Positions 10,658-20,679 of a stretch of DNA of 64,000 nucleotides are shown piece after piece. Below the pieces are notes generated by a model. That model was not told where the DNA came from. It was given only the letters and a program-made list of their open reading frames with translations, and did not search any database. Every line of letters begins with the position of its first letter. Position 1 is the first letter of the stretch. The DNA is from Candidatus Poribacteria bacterium. Lineage in GTDB: Bacteria; Poribacteria; WGA-4E; WGA-3G. A program made the position numbers and the translations under genes. Where the stretch lies: assembly GCA_963668035.1 (NCBI GenBank), contig OY764073.1, forward strand, positions 3,138,930 to 3,202,929, read 5' to 3'.

Positions 10658-11653
10658 ATGACGCAATTTCGACATGCAACCATCACAGGCACAGGTTCCT
10701 ACCTCCCTGAGCGAGTTGTTACCAACTTTGATCTTGAGAAAATGGTGGATACGAGTGACGAATGGATTCGTCAACGCACGGGCATTACTGAACGCCGCAT
10801 CGCTGAAGACGATGTCGCTACATCGGATCTTTGTGTCCATGCCGCACGCTGGGCAATTAAAAATGCGAATATTGACCCACTTGACATCGAGCTGATTCTC
10901 GTCGCTACGGTGACACCTGACACGTTTTTCCCGTCAACAGCGTGTTATGTCCAGAAAGGCATCGGCGCGAAGAATGCCGCTGCAATGGATTTATCCGCTG
11001 CATGTGCCGGGTTCCTTTATGGCTTAGACTTAGCGGATGGCATGATTAAATCCGGACGCTATAATACCGTTCTCGTCATTGGCGGTGAAGTTTTTAACAA
11101 CATCGTTGATTGGGAAGATAGAAGTACATGTGTCCTCTTTGGAGATGGCGCGGGGGCAGCTATCGTTGAAGCCACAGATGAACCGAAAGGGATCCTTGCC
11201 TCCTATATCGGGTCGGATGGCGATTATGCGGATATTGATCTGCTCGGCATTCCCGCAGGGGGCTCCAGAATGCCGATTACCGCAGAAGCGATCCATCAAA
11301 AAAGAGACAAACTTCAGATGAACGGTCGCGAAGTCTTTAAACTCGGGGTACGACTGATGCCCGAAGCTGCGCAACGCGTGCTAAATCAGGCAGATGTCCG
11401 TATTGAGGATATCGATCTGTTGATCCCACATCAAGCAAATTTGCGTATTATTGAGGCAGTCGGCGACAGACTCGGCGTACCGCGAGAGAAGGTCTATATT
11501 AATGTTGATAGATACGGGAATACCTCCGCAGCAACAGTGATTATCGCTTTGGATGAGGCAATTCGCGAAGGTCGTGCAAAGCCGGGCGATCTGCTTCTGT
11601 TTGTGACTTTTGGCGCGGGTTTAACATGGGGAAGCACACTCCTACGCTTATGA
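10658..11653 (+). CDS. fabH: 3-oxoacyl-ACP synthase III.
   Basis: ITGTGSYLPERVVTN and active-site context AAC(A)GF, with a typical ~330 aa length. Confidence 0.95.
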   Translation: MTQFRHATITGTGSYLPERVVTNFDLEKMVDTSDEWIRQRTGITERRIAEDDVATSDLCVHAARWAIKNANIDPLDIELILVATVTPDTFFPSTACYVQKGIGAKNAAAMDLSAACAGFLYGLDLADGMIKSGRYNTVLVIGGEVFNNIVDWEDRSTCVLFGDGAGAAIVEATDEPKGILASYIGSDGDYADIDLLGIPAGGSRMPITAEAIHQKRDKLQMNGREVFKLGVRLMPEAAQRVLNQADVRIEDIDLLIPHQANLRIIEAVGDRLGVPREKVYINVDRYGNTSAATVIIALDEAIREGRAKPGDLLLFVTFGAGLTWGSTLLRL

Positions 11654-12588
11654 CGCAGCTCGCATTTATTTTCCCAGGACAAGGTTCACAACAGGTCGGC
11701 ATGGGCGCGGCATTGGCGCGAACTTACCCCATTGCCGATGCCGTTTTTCAGGAAGCCGACGCAGCCCTTGGGCGTGCCTTGAGCCAACTCTGTTTTGGGG
11801 GACCCGAAGATGCCTTAAAACAGACCGAAAACACGCAACTCGCGATTTTGACTTGCAGTGTCGCAACGTTGCGGGTCATAAAAGAATGTGGTATCACACC
11901 GAGCGCGGTCGCTGGACATAGTCTCGGAGAGTATTCCGCACTCGTAGCAGCAGGTATTCTTGACTTCGCCGATGCCTTACGCTTGGTACGCGCACGCGCG
12001 AATCTCATGGCGGAAGCCGGGGAAACCCAACAAGGCACTATGGCAGCAATCCTTGGCATGGACATCGCACACCTGCAACAACTCTGTGACGAAACCGAAG
12101 GAACTGTGAATATCGCCAATTATAACTGTCCCGGTCAATTGGTGATCTCTGGAGAAGTGGCGGCTATCAATCAGGTCGTTTCGCTCGCCAAAGTTGAGAT
12201 CGGTGCGCGCCGGTGTCGCCTTTTGCCTGTCAGTGGTGCTTTTCATTCGCCATTGATGGCACCTGCGCAGCAAAAGTTCAGATCCGTGCTGGATACAGTA
12301 GCGTTCCAGCCACCGCAAGTTGACATCGTCATGAACGTAACTGGAGCGTTTGCAACGGATGCGGCGAACATCAAGCAACTCCTCTTTCAGCAGATAACGG
12401 AACCTGTACAGTGGGAGAAAACGCTGCGGACTATTGAGAAAACCGGTATCACACATTTTGTAGAGGTAGGACCGGGAAAGGTGCTGTCCGGATTAGTGAA
12501 ACGGACACTTTCGGAGAGTAGGGCAGTGAATGTTGAAGACATTAAAACCCTCTCTGGTTTAACAGATACCTACGGAAATGGTGGATAA
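11650..12588 (+). CDS. fabD: Malonyl CoA-ACP transacylase.
   Basis: FIFPGQGSQ and GHSLGEY motifs. The ATGA start/stop overlaps fabH, so the start is ATG 11650. Confidence 0.95.
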   Translation: MTQLAFIFPGQGSQQVGMGAALARTYPIADAVFQEADAALGRALSQLCFGGPEDALKQTENTQLAILTCSVATLRVIKECGITPSAVAGHSLGEYSALVAAGILDFADALRLVRARANLMAEAGETQQGTMAAILGMDIAHLQQLCDETEGTVNIANYNCPGQLVISGEVAAINQVVSLAKVEIGARRCRLLPVSGAFHSPLMAPAQQKFRSVLDTVAFQPPQVDIVMNVTGAFATDAANIKQLLFQQITEPVQWEKTLRTIEKTGITHFVEVGPGKVLSGLVKRTLSESRAVNVEDIKTLSGLTDTYGNGG

Positions 12589-12593
12589 ATAAA

Positions 12594-13370
12594 ATGGATG
12601 TGCCAACAGAACAGAATCCCTTTAGATCGGACCTACTGAGCGGCAAGACGGCTATTGTTACAGGTGCGTCGCGTGGGATCGGCGCGGCGAGTGCGCGGAG
12701 ATTATGCGAAGCCGGTGCGAACGTTGTTCTCTGTTCGCGTTCTGCCGAGTCAGTTGCGGAGATCGCCGATACACTCCAGAGCGAAGGTTATACAACATTT
12801 TCAATGGCAGCGGACATCTCCGAAAAGGCTGATGTTGAAGCACTTGTTGAAAAAACGATTGAGCAGTTTTCGCAGATCGACATTCTCGTGAACAATGCTG
12901 GGATTACCCGCGACATGTTGCTCATGCGTCTCAAAGATGAAGACTGGGACGCTGTGCTAGAGACAAATCTAACAGGCACGATGTACTGCACGCGTGCTGT
13001 GCTGCGTCCTATGATACGCCAGAAAAGTGGACGCATTATCAATATTTCGTCGGTTGTTGGATTAATCGGGAATGCGGGGCAAGCGAATTATGCTGCTGCG
13101 AAGGCTGGCATCATCGGTTTGACGAAGGCTATCGCGAAAGAGGTTGGGGCGCGTGGTATCACCGTGAACGCTATCGCCCCTGGCTTTATCACAACAGATA
13201 TGACAGCACAAATACCGGAACAGAGTCAGGCGCAATTACTTGAACTGATTCCGTTACGGGAGTTTGGGCATCCGGAAGATGTGGCAGATGCTGTCTGTTT
13301 TTTGGCATCGGATGCTGCACGCTATATCACCGGCCAAACGCTTCAGGTGGATGGGGGCATGGTGATGTAA
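12594..13370 (+). CDS. fabG: 3-oxoacyl-ACP reductase (SDR).
   Basis: GKTAIVTGASRGIG, the NNAG motif and the YxxxK catalytic motif. Confidence 0.95.
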   Translation: MDVPTEQNPFRSDLLSGKTAIVTGASRGIGAASARRLCEAGANVVLCSRSAESVAEIADTLQSEGYTTFSMAADISEKADVEALVEKTIEQFSQIDILVNNAGITRDMLLMRLKDEDWDAVLETNLTGTMYCTRAVLRPMIRQKSGRIINISSVVGLIGNAGQANYAAAKAGIIGLTKAIAKEVGARGITVNAIAPGFITTDMTAQIPEQSQAQLLELIPLREFGHPEDVADAVCFLASDAARYITGQTLQVDGGMVM

Positions 13371-13421
13371 TTCAAATGCGCTTGGACTTTTCTAAGGGCA
13401 GCAAAAAAGGAGAAAACACTT

Positions 13422-13655
13422 ATGGCAACAAACCAAGAACGCCTTATTGAAATTATCGCAAAACAACTCGGTGTTGACGAAGATAACGTGACCCCGGATG
13501 CCTCCTTCATGGAAGACTTGGGTGCCGATTCGCTTGATACCGTTGAATTGGTCATGGCACTTGAAGAGGAATTTGACCTTGAAATTCCTGACAGTGATGC
13601 GGAGAAGATTCAAACCGTTCAAGATGCCTTGAGTTACCTTGACGAACACGTATAG
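13422..13655 (+). CDS. acpP: Acyl carrier protein.
   Basis: [20 protein letters not shown] phosphopantetheine-attachment site, 77 aa, RBS AAGGAG. Confidence 0.95.
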   Translation: MATNQERLIEIIAKQLGVDEDNVTPDASFMEDLGADSLDTVELVMALEEEFDLEIPDSDAEKIQTVQDALSYLDEHV

Positions 13656-13827
13656 ATTAATGAATGGTTGTCGGTTATCGATTGTCAGTTTTCAGTTAAG
13701 AAACTTTGAGGTAAGAATTCACCTTGCCCTGGAGTACTGTAAAGTGGGGTAGATTGTTACAGAGAAACCTCTGACCGATAACCGATAACTGATAACTAAT
13801 AACCCCTAAAAAAAAAGGATCGGTCTC
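13656..13827 (+). repeat. Intergenic inverted-repeat element, copy A. Heptad-repeat arms (TCAGTTA/GATAACC-like) flank a ~70-nt spacer; the 3' end is AACCCCTAAAAAAAAA.
   Basis: Left arm ggttgtcggttatcgattgtcagttttcagttaag, right arm ctgaccgataaccgataactgataactaataacc. It lies between acpP and fabF. Confidence 0.75.
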
Positions 13828-15066
13828 GTGGAGCGTGTAGTTATTACAGGAATCGGCGTTGTCAATGCAATCGGCAACACGAAAGAAGAATATTGGGATG
13901 CGCTTGCTATCGGTAAAAACGGAATCGGACCTTTAACGTATTTTGATGCCTCCGAACATCGCACCCAAATCGCTGGAGAAGTAAAGGATTTCCAAGCGGA
14001 ACAGTATATGGATCGCCGAGCGGCCTCCAGGCTGCCTCTCTTTATTCAGTACGCGCTTGCGGCTGCAATTATGGCGCACGAAGATGCCGGTCTGGACCTC
14101 AACAAAGTGGACCCTTACCGGGCAGGGGTGCAAATCGGTTCTGGGATCGGCGGCATCGGTGTCCTTGAAGATAACGCAAAACTTCTTGCCGAAAAAGGTG
14201 CGAAACGGGTGAGTCCATTCCTTGTGCCGTACATGATTATTAACATGGCGGCGGGGCAGATCTCAATCCATTTTAACCTTAAAGGCCCCAATTCTACGTC
14301 CGTCACGGCGTGTGCAAGTGCGAACCATTCTATGGGAGATTCGTTTCATATCATTAAACGCGGCGACGCGGACGTGATGTTTACTGGGGGAACGGAGTCG
14401 GCGATTACGCCGTTAGCGGTTGCCGGGTTCTGTTCAATGCGTGCAATGTCGACGCGAAACGATGAACCTGAACGCGCCTCGCGCCCCTTCACAAAAGACA
14501 GAGACGGTTTTGTCATGGGCGACGGTGGCGGTGTCCTCATCCTTGAATCGCTGTCGCATGCCAAAAAGCGTGGTGCGCATATCTATGCGGAAATCATTGG
14601 CTATGGCATGACTTCAGATGCACACGATATGGTAAGTCCCCCTGAAAACGGCGAAGGTGCAGCGAAAGCGATGGAATTCGCGCTCCGAAGTGCGCAATTA
14701 CCGTTAGACGCTGTCGATTATATCAATGCGCACGGCACCTCCACACCTATCGGCGATGTCTCTGAAACGAACGCTATTAAAATGCTGTTCGGTGAACAGG
14801 CGTATAAAATCCCGGTGAGTTCTACGAAATCGATGGTGGGGCATCTGCTCGGTGCTGCTGGAGCCGTAGAACTGATCGCCTGCTTAGGTGCGATAGAGAG
14901 AGGTTATTTGCCGCCGACTATCAACTACGATATGCCGGACGAAGCCTGCGATCTGGATTACGTTCCGAATGAGAGTCGGGATGCGAAAATTTCGGTCGCG
15001 CTCTCTAATGCCTTCGGTTTCGGTGGGCACAACACCTCTATTGTTATCCGTAGATTTACAGGTTAA
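13828..15066 (+). CDS. fabF: 3-oxoacyl-ACP synthase II.
   Basis: KAS-II Cys-His-His active-site context, 412 aa, GTG start. Confidence 0.95.
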   Translation: MERVVITGIGVVNAIGNTKEEYWDALAIGKNGIGPLTYFDASEHRTQIAGEVKDFQAEQYMDRRAASRLPLFIQYALAAAIMAHEDAGLDLNKVDPYRAGVQIGSGIGGIGVLEDNAKLLAEKGAKRVSPFLVPYMIINMAAGQISIHFNLKGPNSTSVTACASANHSMGDSFHIIKRGDADVMFTGGTESAITPLAVAGFCSMRAMSTRNDEPERASRPFTKDRDGFVMGDGGGVLILESLSHAKKRGAHIYAEIIGYGMTSDAHDMVSPPENGEGAAKAMEFALRSAQLPLDAVDYINAHGTSTPIGDVSETNAIKMLFGEQAYKIPVSSTKSMVGHLLGAAGAVELIACLGAIERGYLPPTINYDMPDEACDLDYVPNESRDAKISVALSNAFGFGGHNTSIVIRRFTG

Positions 15067-15084
15067 GTTACGGCATAACGGAGT

Positions 15085-15597
15085 ATGCCTACTACTATGC
15101 ACTTCGTCTATATCGGTTTTGGGAGCAACATTGACGATAGACTGGTGCATATCCAGAACGCTATCAACGCATTATCGGAAACGGAGGGAATTATGCTGCA
15201 AAAAGTTTCCTCCGTTTACAAAACCGAACCTATCGGTTATGAAGCGCAGGCAGAATTCCTGAACGGGGTCGCTGCAATTCAAACCGACTTCCCCCCCTTA
15301 TCTTTGTTACAGGTCTTAAAAGACATAGAGACGGCTATCGGTAGACAACACCGCATCCGTTGGGGACCCAGAGAAATCGACTTGGACATATTAATCTATG
15401 GCGATGTGTGTCTCCAGACCGAAAAACTCGTCATTCCACATCCAGAGATGCATCTTCGTCATTTCGTATTAGTTCCGTTAGCAGAGATCGCGCCCGACCT
15501 TGTGCATCCCGTTTTCCAAGAAACCATTCAAACCTTATGTAACTGCCTCGAAGATGATACATCTGTGTCCAAATCAGAATTTCTGATCGAAATTTAG
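15085..15597 (+). CDS. folK: 2-amino-4-hydroxy-6-hydroxymethyldihydropteridine pyrophosphokinase (HPPK).
   Basis: Motifs YIGFGSN, RWGPR and IDLDIL. Confidence 0.9.
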   Translation: MPTTMHFVYIGFGSNIDDRLVHIQNAINALSETEGIMLQKVSSVYKTEPIGYEAQAEFLNGVAAIQTDFPPLSLLQVLKDIETAIGRQHRIRWGPREIDLDILIYGDVCLQTEKLVIPHPEMHLRHFVLVPLAEIAPDLVHPVFQETIQTLCNCLEDDTSVSKSEFLIEI

Positions 15598-15600
15598 CTG

Positions 15601-15629
15601 TAGACTCCGATGCCGTAATATGATATAAT
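15601..15629 (+). promoter_or_regulatory. Possible promoter TAGACT-17-TATAAT for the AAA-ATPase gene.
   Basis: tagact 15601-15606, a 17-nt spacer, tataat 15624-15629. RBS AAGGAGG lies before ATG 15660. Confidence 0.3.
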
Positions 15630-15659
15630 TGTCTCAGTTGTTTCAAGGAGGATAGAAAG

Positions 15660-17249
15660 ATGAGATATTTTGAAACAAGGGGACCCGTACATCCTGAGGA
15701 TAACTATGTCGTCGCACGCACGGATGAACTCGCGGATTTTGTGAATCGATTAAAAAGGGGCAGGTACATCGTCCTCTTTGCGCCGCGCCAGACAGGTAAA
15801 ACCACATTTTTCCGAAACGCCCTCGACACATTGGAAGACCAAGAAGACACCTATTTCCCAATACAACTTAATTTTGAGGGATACGTAGAAAGCGATGCCA
15901 CTACCTTTTATACTTCACTCTCTGAAGAAGTATGTAAGCAAATTAGGAAAGTCTATCAACAACGCCAAGCGACTCCGACTGATCAGCTCACCCGTTTTTT
16001 AGCAGATGCGGAGATAACCGAACCTGTTTCAATGCGAAGGTTTTTTGAAGACCTTGGGGAACGCCTCGAACAACGGTTTGTTATGATTATTGACGAGTTT
16101 GATGCTATTCCGAAAGACGCGCTCAGAGGGTTCCTGCACGCACTTCGCCACATCTATATTTCAGGGAGAACACGATGTCCGCATAGCATCGGGATCATCG
16201 GTGTCAAGAACATCACACAGCTCAATTATGATCGTTCTATTTCGCCCTTTAACATACAAGATGAGTTCAAATTGCCGAATTTCACATTGGAACAGGTGGA
16301 AGAACTTTTTTCACAATATACGGATGAAGTCGGACAACCCTTTACACCTGAAGTCACCGAGTCCATTCACAAACAGACGGGTGGACAACCTGTGCTCATC
16401 AATCGTTTTGCGCAGATTCTGACCGAAGAAATGGGCATCCCCAGAAGCGAACCGATTGCAATGCAACACTTTTCAAAAGCACACGCCCAAGTGCTTCGCG
16501 AGGGTCACACGAACATCGATCACCTGGTAGCAAACATCCGTAAGGATCGTCGGTTTGAAGCGTTCCTCATGAAAATCGCCTCTTATGATGAAGGTGTGGA
16601 CTTCAACTTGGATAGTGACATTATCAGCGAACTTGCCACTTACGGTATTATTGCTGAAGGGGCTGACGGTATGTGTGAAATTGTCAACCCAATTTACCAG
16701 TACCGTATCCTTAGGACATTCAAACCGGTAGTGAACGGACTGGAGCGGGAGTATTTACCCGAAGACACTCGCGCGGGATTTCAGGATTATCTCACACTAG
16801 ATGGACAGATCCAGATGACAGCACTTCTTGATAACTTCCGGGATTTTATCGCACGCGCAGGCTTCAGGATCCTTCAGGTGCCCGATACGCCGCAAGAATA
16901 CGTCGGTCAGCACCTCCTTTTTGCATATCTAAGCGAGTTTGTCAAAATTGTGGGTGGGACTATGTACCTTGAGGTGCAAACAGGGCGCGGTAGAATGGAT
17001 ATCCTGATTCTCCACAGAAACCGGAAATACATCGTTGAAACGAAAATCTGGGGTGGAGATGGCCGGTATCAGACTGGCAAAGCGCAACTTGCCGCGTACG
17101 TTAAATCAGAGAAGGCCGTGGAAGGATATTACGTCGTGTTTGACCATCGCAACACGCCGGAAGCACGCGTAGAGACAGAACCTATAGATGGGTTGATCAT
17201 TAGGAGTTACGTGATTCCTGTGATTCAAGAACGTCCCTCAGATTCATGA
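15660..17249 (+). CDS. Predicted AAA-ATPase (ORC/Cdc6-like 'AAA-ATPase_like' N-terminal domain) fused to a C-terminal PD-(D/E)xK nuclease-like domain.
   Basis: Walker A APRQTGKTT and Walker B IIDEFD. The C-terminal segment RMDILILHRNRKYIVETKIWGG fits a D...E.K nuclease core. Confidence 0.75.
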   Translation: MRYFETRGPVHPEDNYVVARTDELADFVNRLKRGRYIVLFAPRQTGKTTFFRNALDTLEDQEDTYFPIQLNFEGYVESDATTFYTSLSEEVCKQIRKVYQQRQATPTDQLTRFLADAEITEPVSMRRFFEDLGERLEQRFVMIIDEFDAIPKDALRGFLHALRHIYISGRTRCPHSIGIIGVKNITQLNYDRSISPFNIQDEFKLPNFTLEQVEELFSQYTDEVGQPFTPEVTESIHKQTGGQPVLINRFAQILTEEMGIPRSEPIAMQHFSKAHAQVLREGHTNIDHLVANIRKDRRFEAFLMKIASYDEGVDFNLDSDIISELATYGIIAEGADGMCEIVNPIYQYRILRTFKPVVNGLEREYLPEDTRAGFQDYLTLDGQIQMTALLDNFRDFIARAGFRILQVPDTPQEYVGQHLLFAYLSEFVKIVGGTMYLEVQTGRGRMDILILHRNRKYIVETKIWGGDGRYQTGKAQLAAYVKSEKAVEGYYVVFDHRNTPEARVETEPIDGLIIRSYVIPVIQERPSDS

Positions 17250-17252
17250 CCT

Positions 17253-17330
17253 GTATCCCGTCTTCCAAGAGACTCTTCAAACCCTAAGTGGTCGCTTTGA
17301 AAGTGATAAGTCTGTAACTAAAACAGTGCC
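17253..17330 (+). other. Diverged duplicate (~75% identical) of the folK 3' terminus (compare 15507-15580), sitting downstream of the AAA-ATPase gene.
   Basis: tgcatcccgttttccaagaaaccattcaaaccttatgtaactgcctcgaagatgata (folK) aligns with tgtatcccgtcttccaagagactcttcaaaccctaagtggtcgctttgaaagtgata. The translated remnant is PVFQETLQTLSGRFESDKSV versus fol[21 protein letters not shown]. Confidence 0.75.
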
Positions 17331-17340
17331 TTTATCTTTT

Positions 17341-17733
17341 TTACTCTTCTGCCACGGCGATCAATTTGTTGGATCCGCCCTCAAACAGATAGCGCTTGCC
17401 ATCCAAGAAACCGACGACATCACCGTGTTCTTCGGCACCGTCCGAGTCGATCAACCGCCAACCTTCGGGTATACCAGCATAGGTGTTAGCTTCTTCATCA
17501 ACTAAAAGGAGGAATTCTTCGTTATGTTCCCCCTCTTTTGGACTGAAGACACGGAACTCATGAAGGGTGTCATCACTTTCTCGGATGCGAAAGCGGGCGG
17601 TATCTCGGACGCATTCTACTTTCCGCATTGTCTTTACGTTTTGACTGGTTTCTGGATGGTGATAGGACCAGTGATAGTTCCAATGTAATCGAAAAATCCG
17701 GACGAATTTCTGCCAAAATCGAATAGTTTTCAT
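17341..17733 (-). CDS. Hypothetical protein (~130 aa), immediately downstream of the 494 aa glycine-zipper protein.
   Basis: ORF only, with no recognisable motifs. The start is ambiguous (ATG 17733, or 17790 overlapping the upstream gene). Confidence 0.45.
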   Translation of the reverse strand: MKTIRFWQKFVRIFRLHWNYHWSYHHPETSQNVKTMRKVECVRDTARFRIRESDDTLHEFRVFSPKEGEHNEEFLLLVDEEANTYAGIPEGWRLIDSDGAEEHGDVVGFLDGKRYLFEGGSNKLIAVAEE

Positions 17734-17765
17734 AACGTTGAACCTCTTTGTAGATTGATTATAGG

Positions 17766-19250
17766 TTAAGCTGTCTCCTCTAACAGACAAATCTTAGCGA
17801 TGACTGTCTCAAGTTCTGCTCCGGATGGAAGTGTAACGGGTGCTCGATTCCGTAGAGCTGTTTTGAACAGATGTGCAAACTCAATACGCACGAAATCGCG
17901 TTTATGGTATTGTTTGAACATCTTCCGTAGCCACTTTACATCGACTGTCATTGCAACCCTTTTGATAATCCGTTCAAATTCAGCTTCGGTAAGAATATAC
18001 TCGAAGGCGAGCCGTGTAAGTTCGTTCCGCAGAATTTTGAGCAGGCGTTTCGAGTCGTCTGGAACAATCTTATCAGCGACGGATTTTGCTGCAACAGTGC
18101 CGCCGATGCCAACTCCCAATGAACCTGCTACACCGCCAACAAACGCTCCTGCCCCTGTGCCGACGATAGGAACCGCGCTGCCGAGAACTGCACCTGCCGC
18201 TGCACCTCCAAACCAGCCAGCCGTGCCAGCGGCAACGCCCGCTGCATTAATTGAGAGATTTTTTGTGAACTGTTGCCATGAAATCGAACGTTCGAAAACC
18301 GCCCTATAAAAATCAGGTGAACTGATGACCATCGTCGCGATCGGGGCTGTGACAGCATTGGTACGGAGCAGCTTAGCGACATGATTGACAGCCACGGCAT
18401 CCGTAACGGATCTCCCTAATGAACCCGCTGCAATTTGACGAATTAAAGCACCACCGATCGGAGTCTGTGAGATAACCTTTACCGCATTATTGATTGGTAC
18501 GGCACCAAATGATGCTATGGGGGTCCGTAACACTTGTGCACTCAAGATGCCTGTGATAAACGCCATGCTTCCACCGGCAATTGCTGATTCAAGTGCCATT
18601 CGTGTCGCTTCTGTCATGTTCTTGCCGCGCCAACATGCTTGTGCCAACGTAATCACGAACGAGACCGCAAGCCCAGACATGGAAGTTACAGATTGCGTTT
18701 TCGCGTCAAAGACGAGTGAATCAATGTTTCCGGCCCGGGCGATGTTTCTCGCTTGTTTGTAGGTTACTGAGCCTTGTAGGACTATTTTCTCCGCGTCAGC
18801 AGGATTGTGAACTCCGGGAACCTGGCCGGACCTAATCCGATCCTGCATTAACTTCACGCATGCTATATACTGATCCTTCGGGACTTCAAGAACTTGTCCT
18901 TCATAGCGATAATCTCCCCAAGGGGAATTAAACGCGGCATCAATAGTTTTAGGGGCCGAGGCATGATACTTAGACTGCACAAACACGCCGTTAACAAGAC
19001 GGTCAGGTCCGTTTGGCGTATTTGAAGTCCCGACAATCTCGGCTTTTTTACCATTAAGTTTGTCTGCCAAATGATTGGCATCTTCCGCGGAAAAACCGTG
19101 GCCATTTTCACCGGAATATTTGAAAATCTGTGTATTCGCCGAGGTGTCCGCAACAAGGGCACCTAAGAGCAGATCAACCTTATTCTTCGGTAAAGCTTCT
19201 ACACAATCATGTTCGTCATTGAACTGTCTAGTTTTACCCAACTTCTTCAT
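17766..19250 (-). CDS. Hypothetical 494 aa protein. It has an N-terminal soluble domain, a central Ala/Gly-rich glycine-zipper hydrophobic region and a C-terminal basic helical domain.
   Basis: GxxxG repeats: GVAAGTAGWFGGAAAGAVLGSAVPIVGTGAGAFVGGVAGSLGVGIGG. No catalytic motif was recognised. Confidence 0.55.
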   Translation of the reverse strand: MKKLGKTRQFNDEHDCVEALPKNKVDLLLGALVADTSANTQIFKYSGENGHGFSAEDANHLADKLNGKKAEIVGTSNTPNGPDRLVNGVFVQSKYHASAPKTIDAAFNSPWGDYRYEGQVLEVPKDQYIACVKLMQDRIRSGQVPGVHNPADAEKIVLQGSVTYKQARNIARAGNIDSLVFDAKTQSVTSMSGLAVSFVITLAQACWRGKNMTEATRMALESAIAGGSMAFITGILSAQVLRTPIASFGAVPINNAVKVISQTPIGGALIRQIAAGSLGRSVTDAVAVNHVAKLLRTNAVTAPIATMVISSPDFYRAVFERSISWQQFTKNLSINAAGVAAGTAGWFGGAAAGAVLGSAVPIVGTGAGAFVGGVAGSLGVGIGGTVAAKSVADKIVPDDSKRLLKILRNELTRLAFEYILTEAEFERIIKRVAMTVDVKWLRKMFKQYHKRDFVRIEFAHLFKTALRNRAPVTLPSGAELETVIAKICLLEETA

Positions 19251-19380
19251 TGGTAATGTATGCTCCTTTTCCCAAAAATTATGCTGTATATATTATAGAG
19301 TCCCCAAGGCGAAAAAGGAGAGTAAAAATATTGATACCGTGCAAACATGTCTTGGCAGCACTGTCAATGCATCTGAAAAC

Positions 19381-19409
19381 TTGCAATTTCCGCGCAAGTA
19401 TGGTATAAT
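19381..19409 (+). promoter_or_regulatory. Sigma70-like promoter TTGCAA-17-TATAAT upstream of sucC.
   Basis: ttgcaa 19381-19386, the 17-nt spacer tttccgcgcaagtatgg, then tataat 19404-19409. Confidence 0.5.
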
Positions 19410-19465
19410 TGGTAATACATTTATCCATAGGACATAAGATATTTACCGAATTTCACAGAAAAAAT

Positions 19466-20650
19466 ATGAATATCCACGAATACCAAGCCAAACAAATTTT
19501 AGAATCTCACGGGGTTAGGACACTACCCGGTGAAGTCGCCGAAACGCCAGAAGCGGCGGAAACCGTTGCACGCGACCTTAATTGTAGTAGATACGTTGTC
19601 AAGGCACAAATTCACGCGGGGGGTCGCGGGAAAGGCGGCGGCATCAAAATCGCAAACTCACCCGCCGAAGTCAAACAACACGCTGAGACGCTGCTCGGCA
19701 TGCAACTCGTAACACCACAGACGGGTCCTGAAGGCAAGCGCGTCCGTAAAGTGCTGATCGCCGCAGCTGTCCAAATAGAAAAAGAATATTATCTCGCTAT
19801 CTTGCTTGACCGTGAAACCTCACAGCTCACCTTAATTGGCAGCGAAGAGGGCGGTGTCAATATTGAAGAAGTTGCAGCGCAAACCCCTGAAAAGATCATC
19901 AGAACACACATCGACCCGGCTTTCGGATTAACCGAATTTCAAGCCCGGGCGTTCGCATACAAACTGATTACCGACATCAATTACCGTCCGATTATTCCAA
20001 ACGCTACAGCACTGATTTTATCGCTTTACAACGCCTTTACCGGATGCGACTGTTCACTCGTAGAGATTAACCCGTTGGCAGTCATAACAACAGATGATGA
20101 ATTGGACATCGTCGCGCTCGATTCTAAGGTAAACCTTGACGACAATTCACTCTGGCGACATCCCGACATCGCTGAGATGCGTGACCCACACGAAGAGGAT
20201 CCGAGTGAATTGGAGGCGAGCGAATCCGGGCTGAGCTACATCCGTCTTGATGGCGACATCGGGTGTATGGTGAACGGTGCCGGGTTAGCCATGGGAACAA
20301 TGGATATTATCAAGCAGAACGGTGGCGAACCCGCGAACTTCCTTGATGTCGGCGGTGGAGCGACCGTGGAAGCAGTCGCCCATGCCTTCCGTCTTATCCT
20401 TGCAGATGAGAATGTGAAGGCTGTCCTCGTCAATATCTTTGGTGGTATCATGAAATGCGACACCATCGCGAACGGCATCGTGGAGGCAGCCAAACAGGTT
20501 CAACTCAATGTCCCGCTCGTCGTCCGATTGGAAGGCACAAACGTGGAACTCGGCAAACAGATTATCGCCGAGTCGGATTTAGATGTCCAACAAGCAGAGG
20601 GGTTATCTGAAGCGGCACAACTTGCAGTAACAGCAGCGAACTCCGCCTAA
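19466..20650 (+). CDS. sucC: Succinate--CoA ligase (ADP-forming) beta subunit.
   Basis: [13 protein letters not shown]-terminus, an ATP-grasp domain, and a C-terminal GGIMKCD motif. Confidence 0.9.
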   Translation: MNIHEYQAKQILESHGVRTLPGEVAETPEAAETVARDLNCSRYVVKAQIHAGGRGKGGGIKIANSPAEVKQHAETLLGMQLVTPQTGPEGKRVRKVLIAAAVQIEKEYYLAILLDRETSQLTLIGSEEGGVNIEEVAAQTPEKIIRTHIDPAFGLTEFQARAFAYKLITDINYRPIIPNATALILSLYNAFTGCDCSLVEINPLAVITTDDELDIVALDSKVNLDDNSLWRHPDIAEMRDPHEEDPSELEASESGLSYIRLDGDIGCMVNGAGLAMGTMDIIKQNGGEPANFLDVGGGATVEAVAHAFRLILADENVKAVLVNIFGGIMKCDTIANGIVEAAKQVQLNVPLVVRLEGTNVELGKQIIAESDLDVQQAEGLSEAAQLAVTAANSA

Positions 20651-20679
20651 AAAATCGGGGGTATGGGAGAAATAGATAC

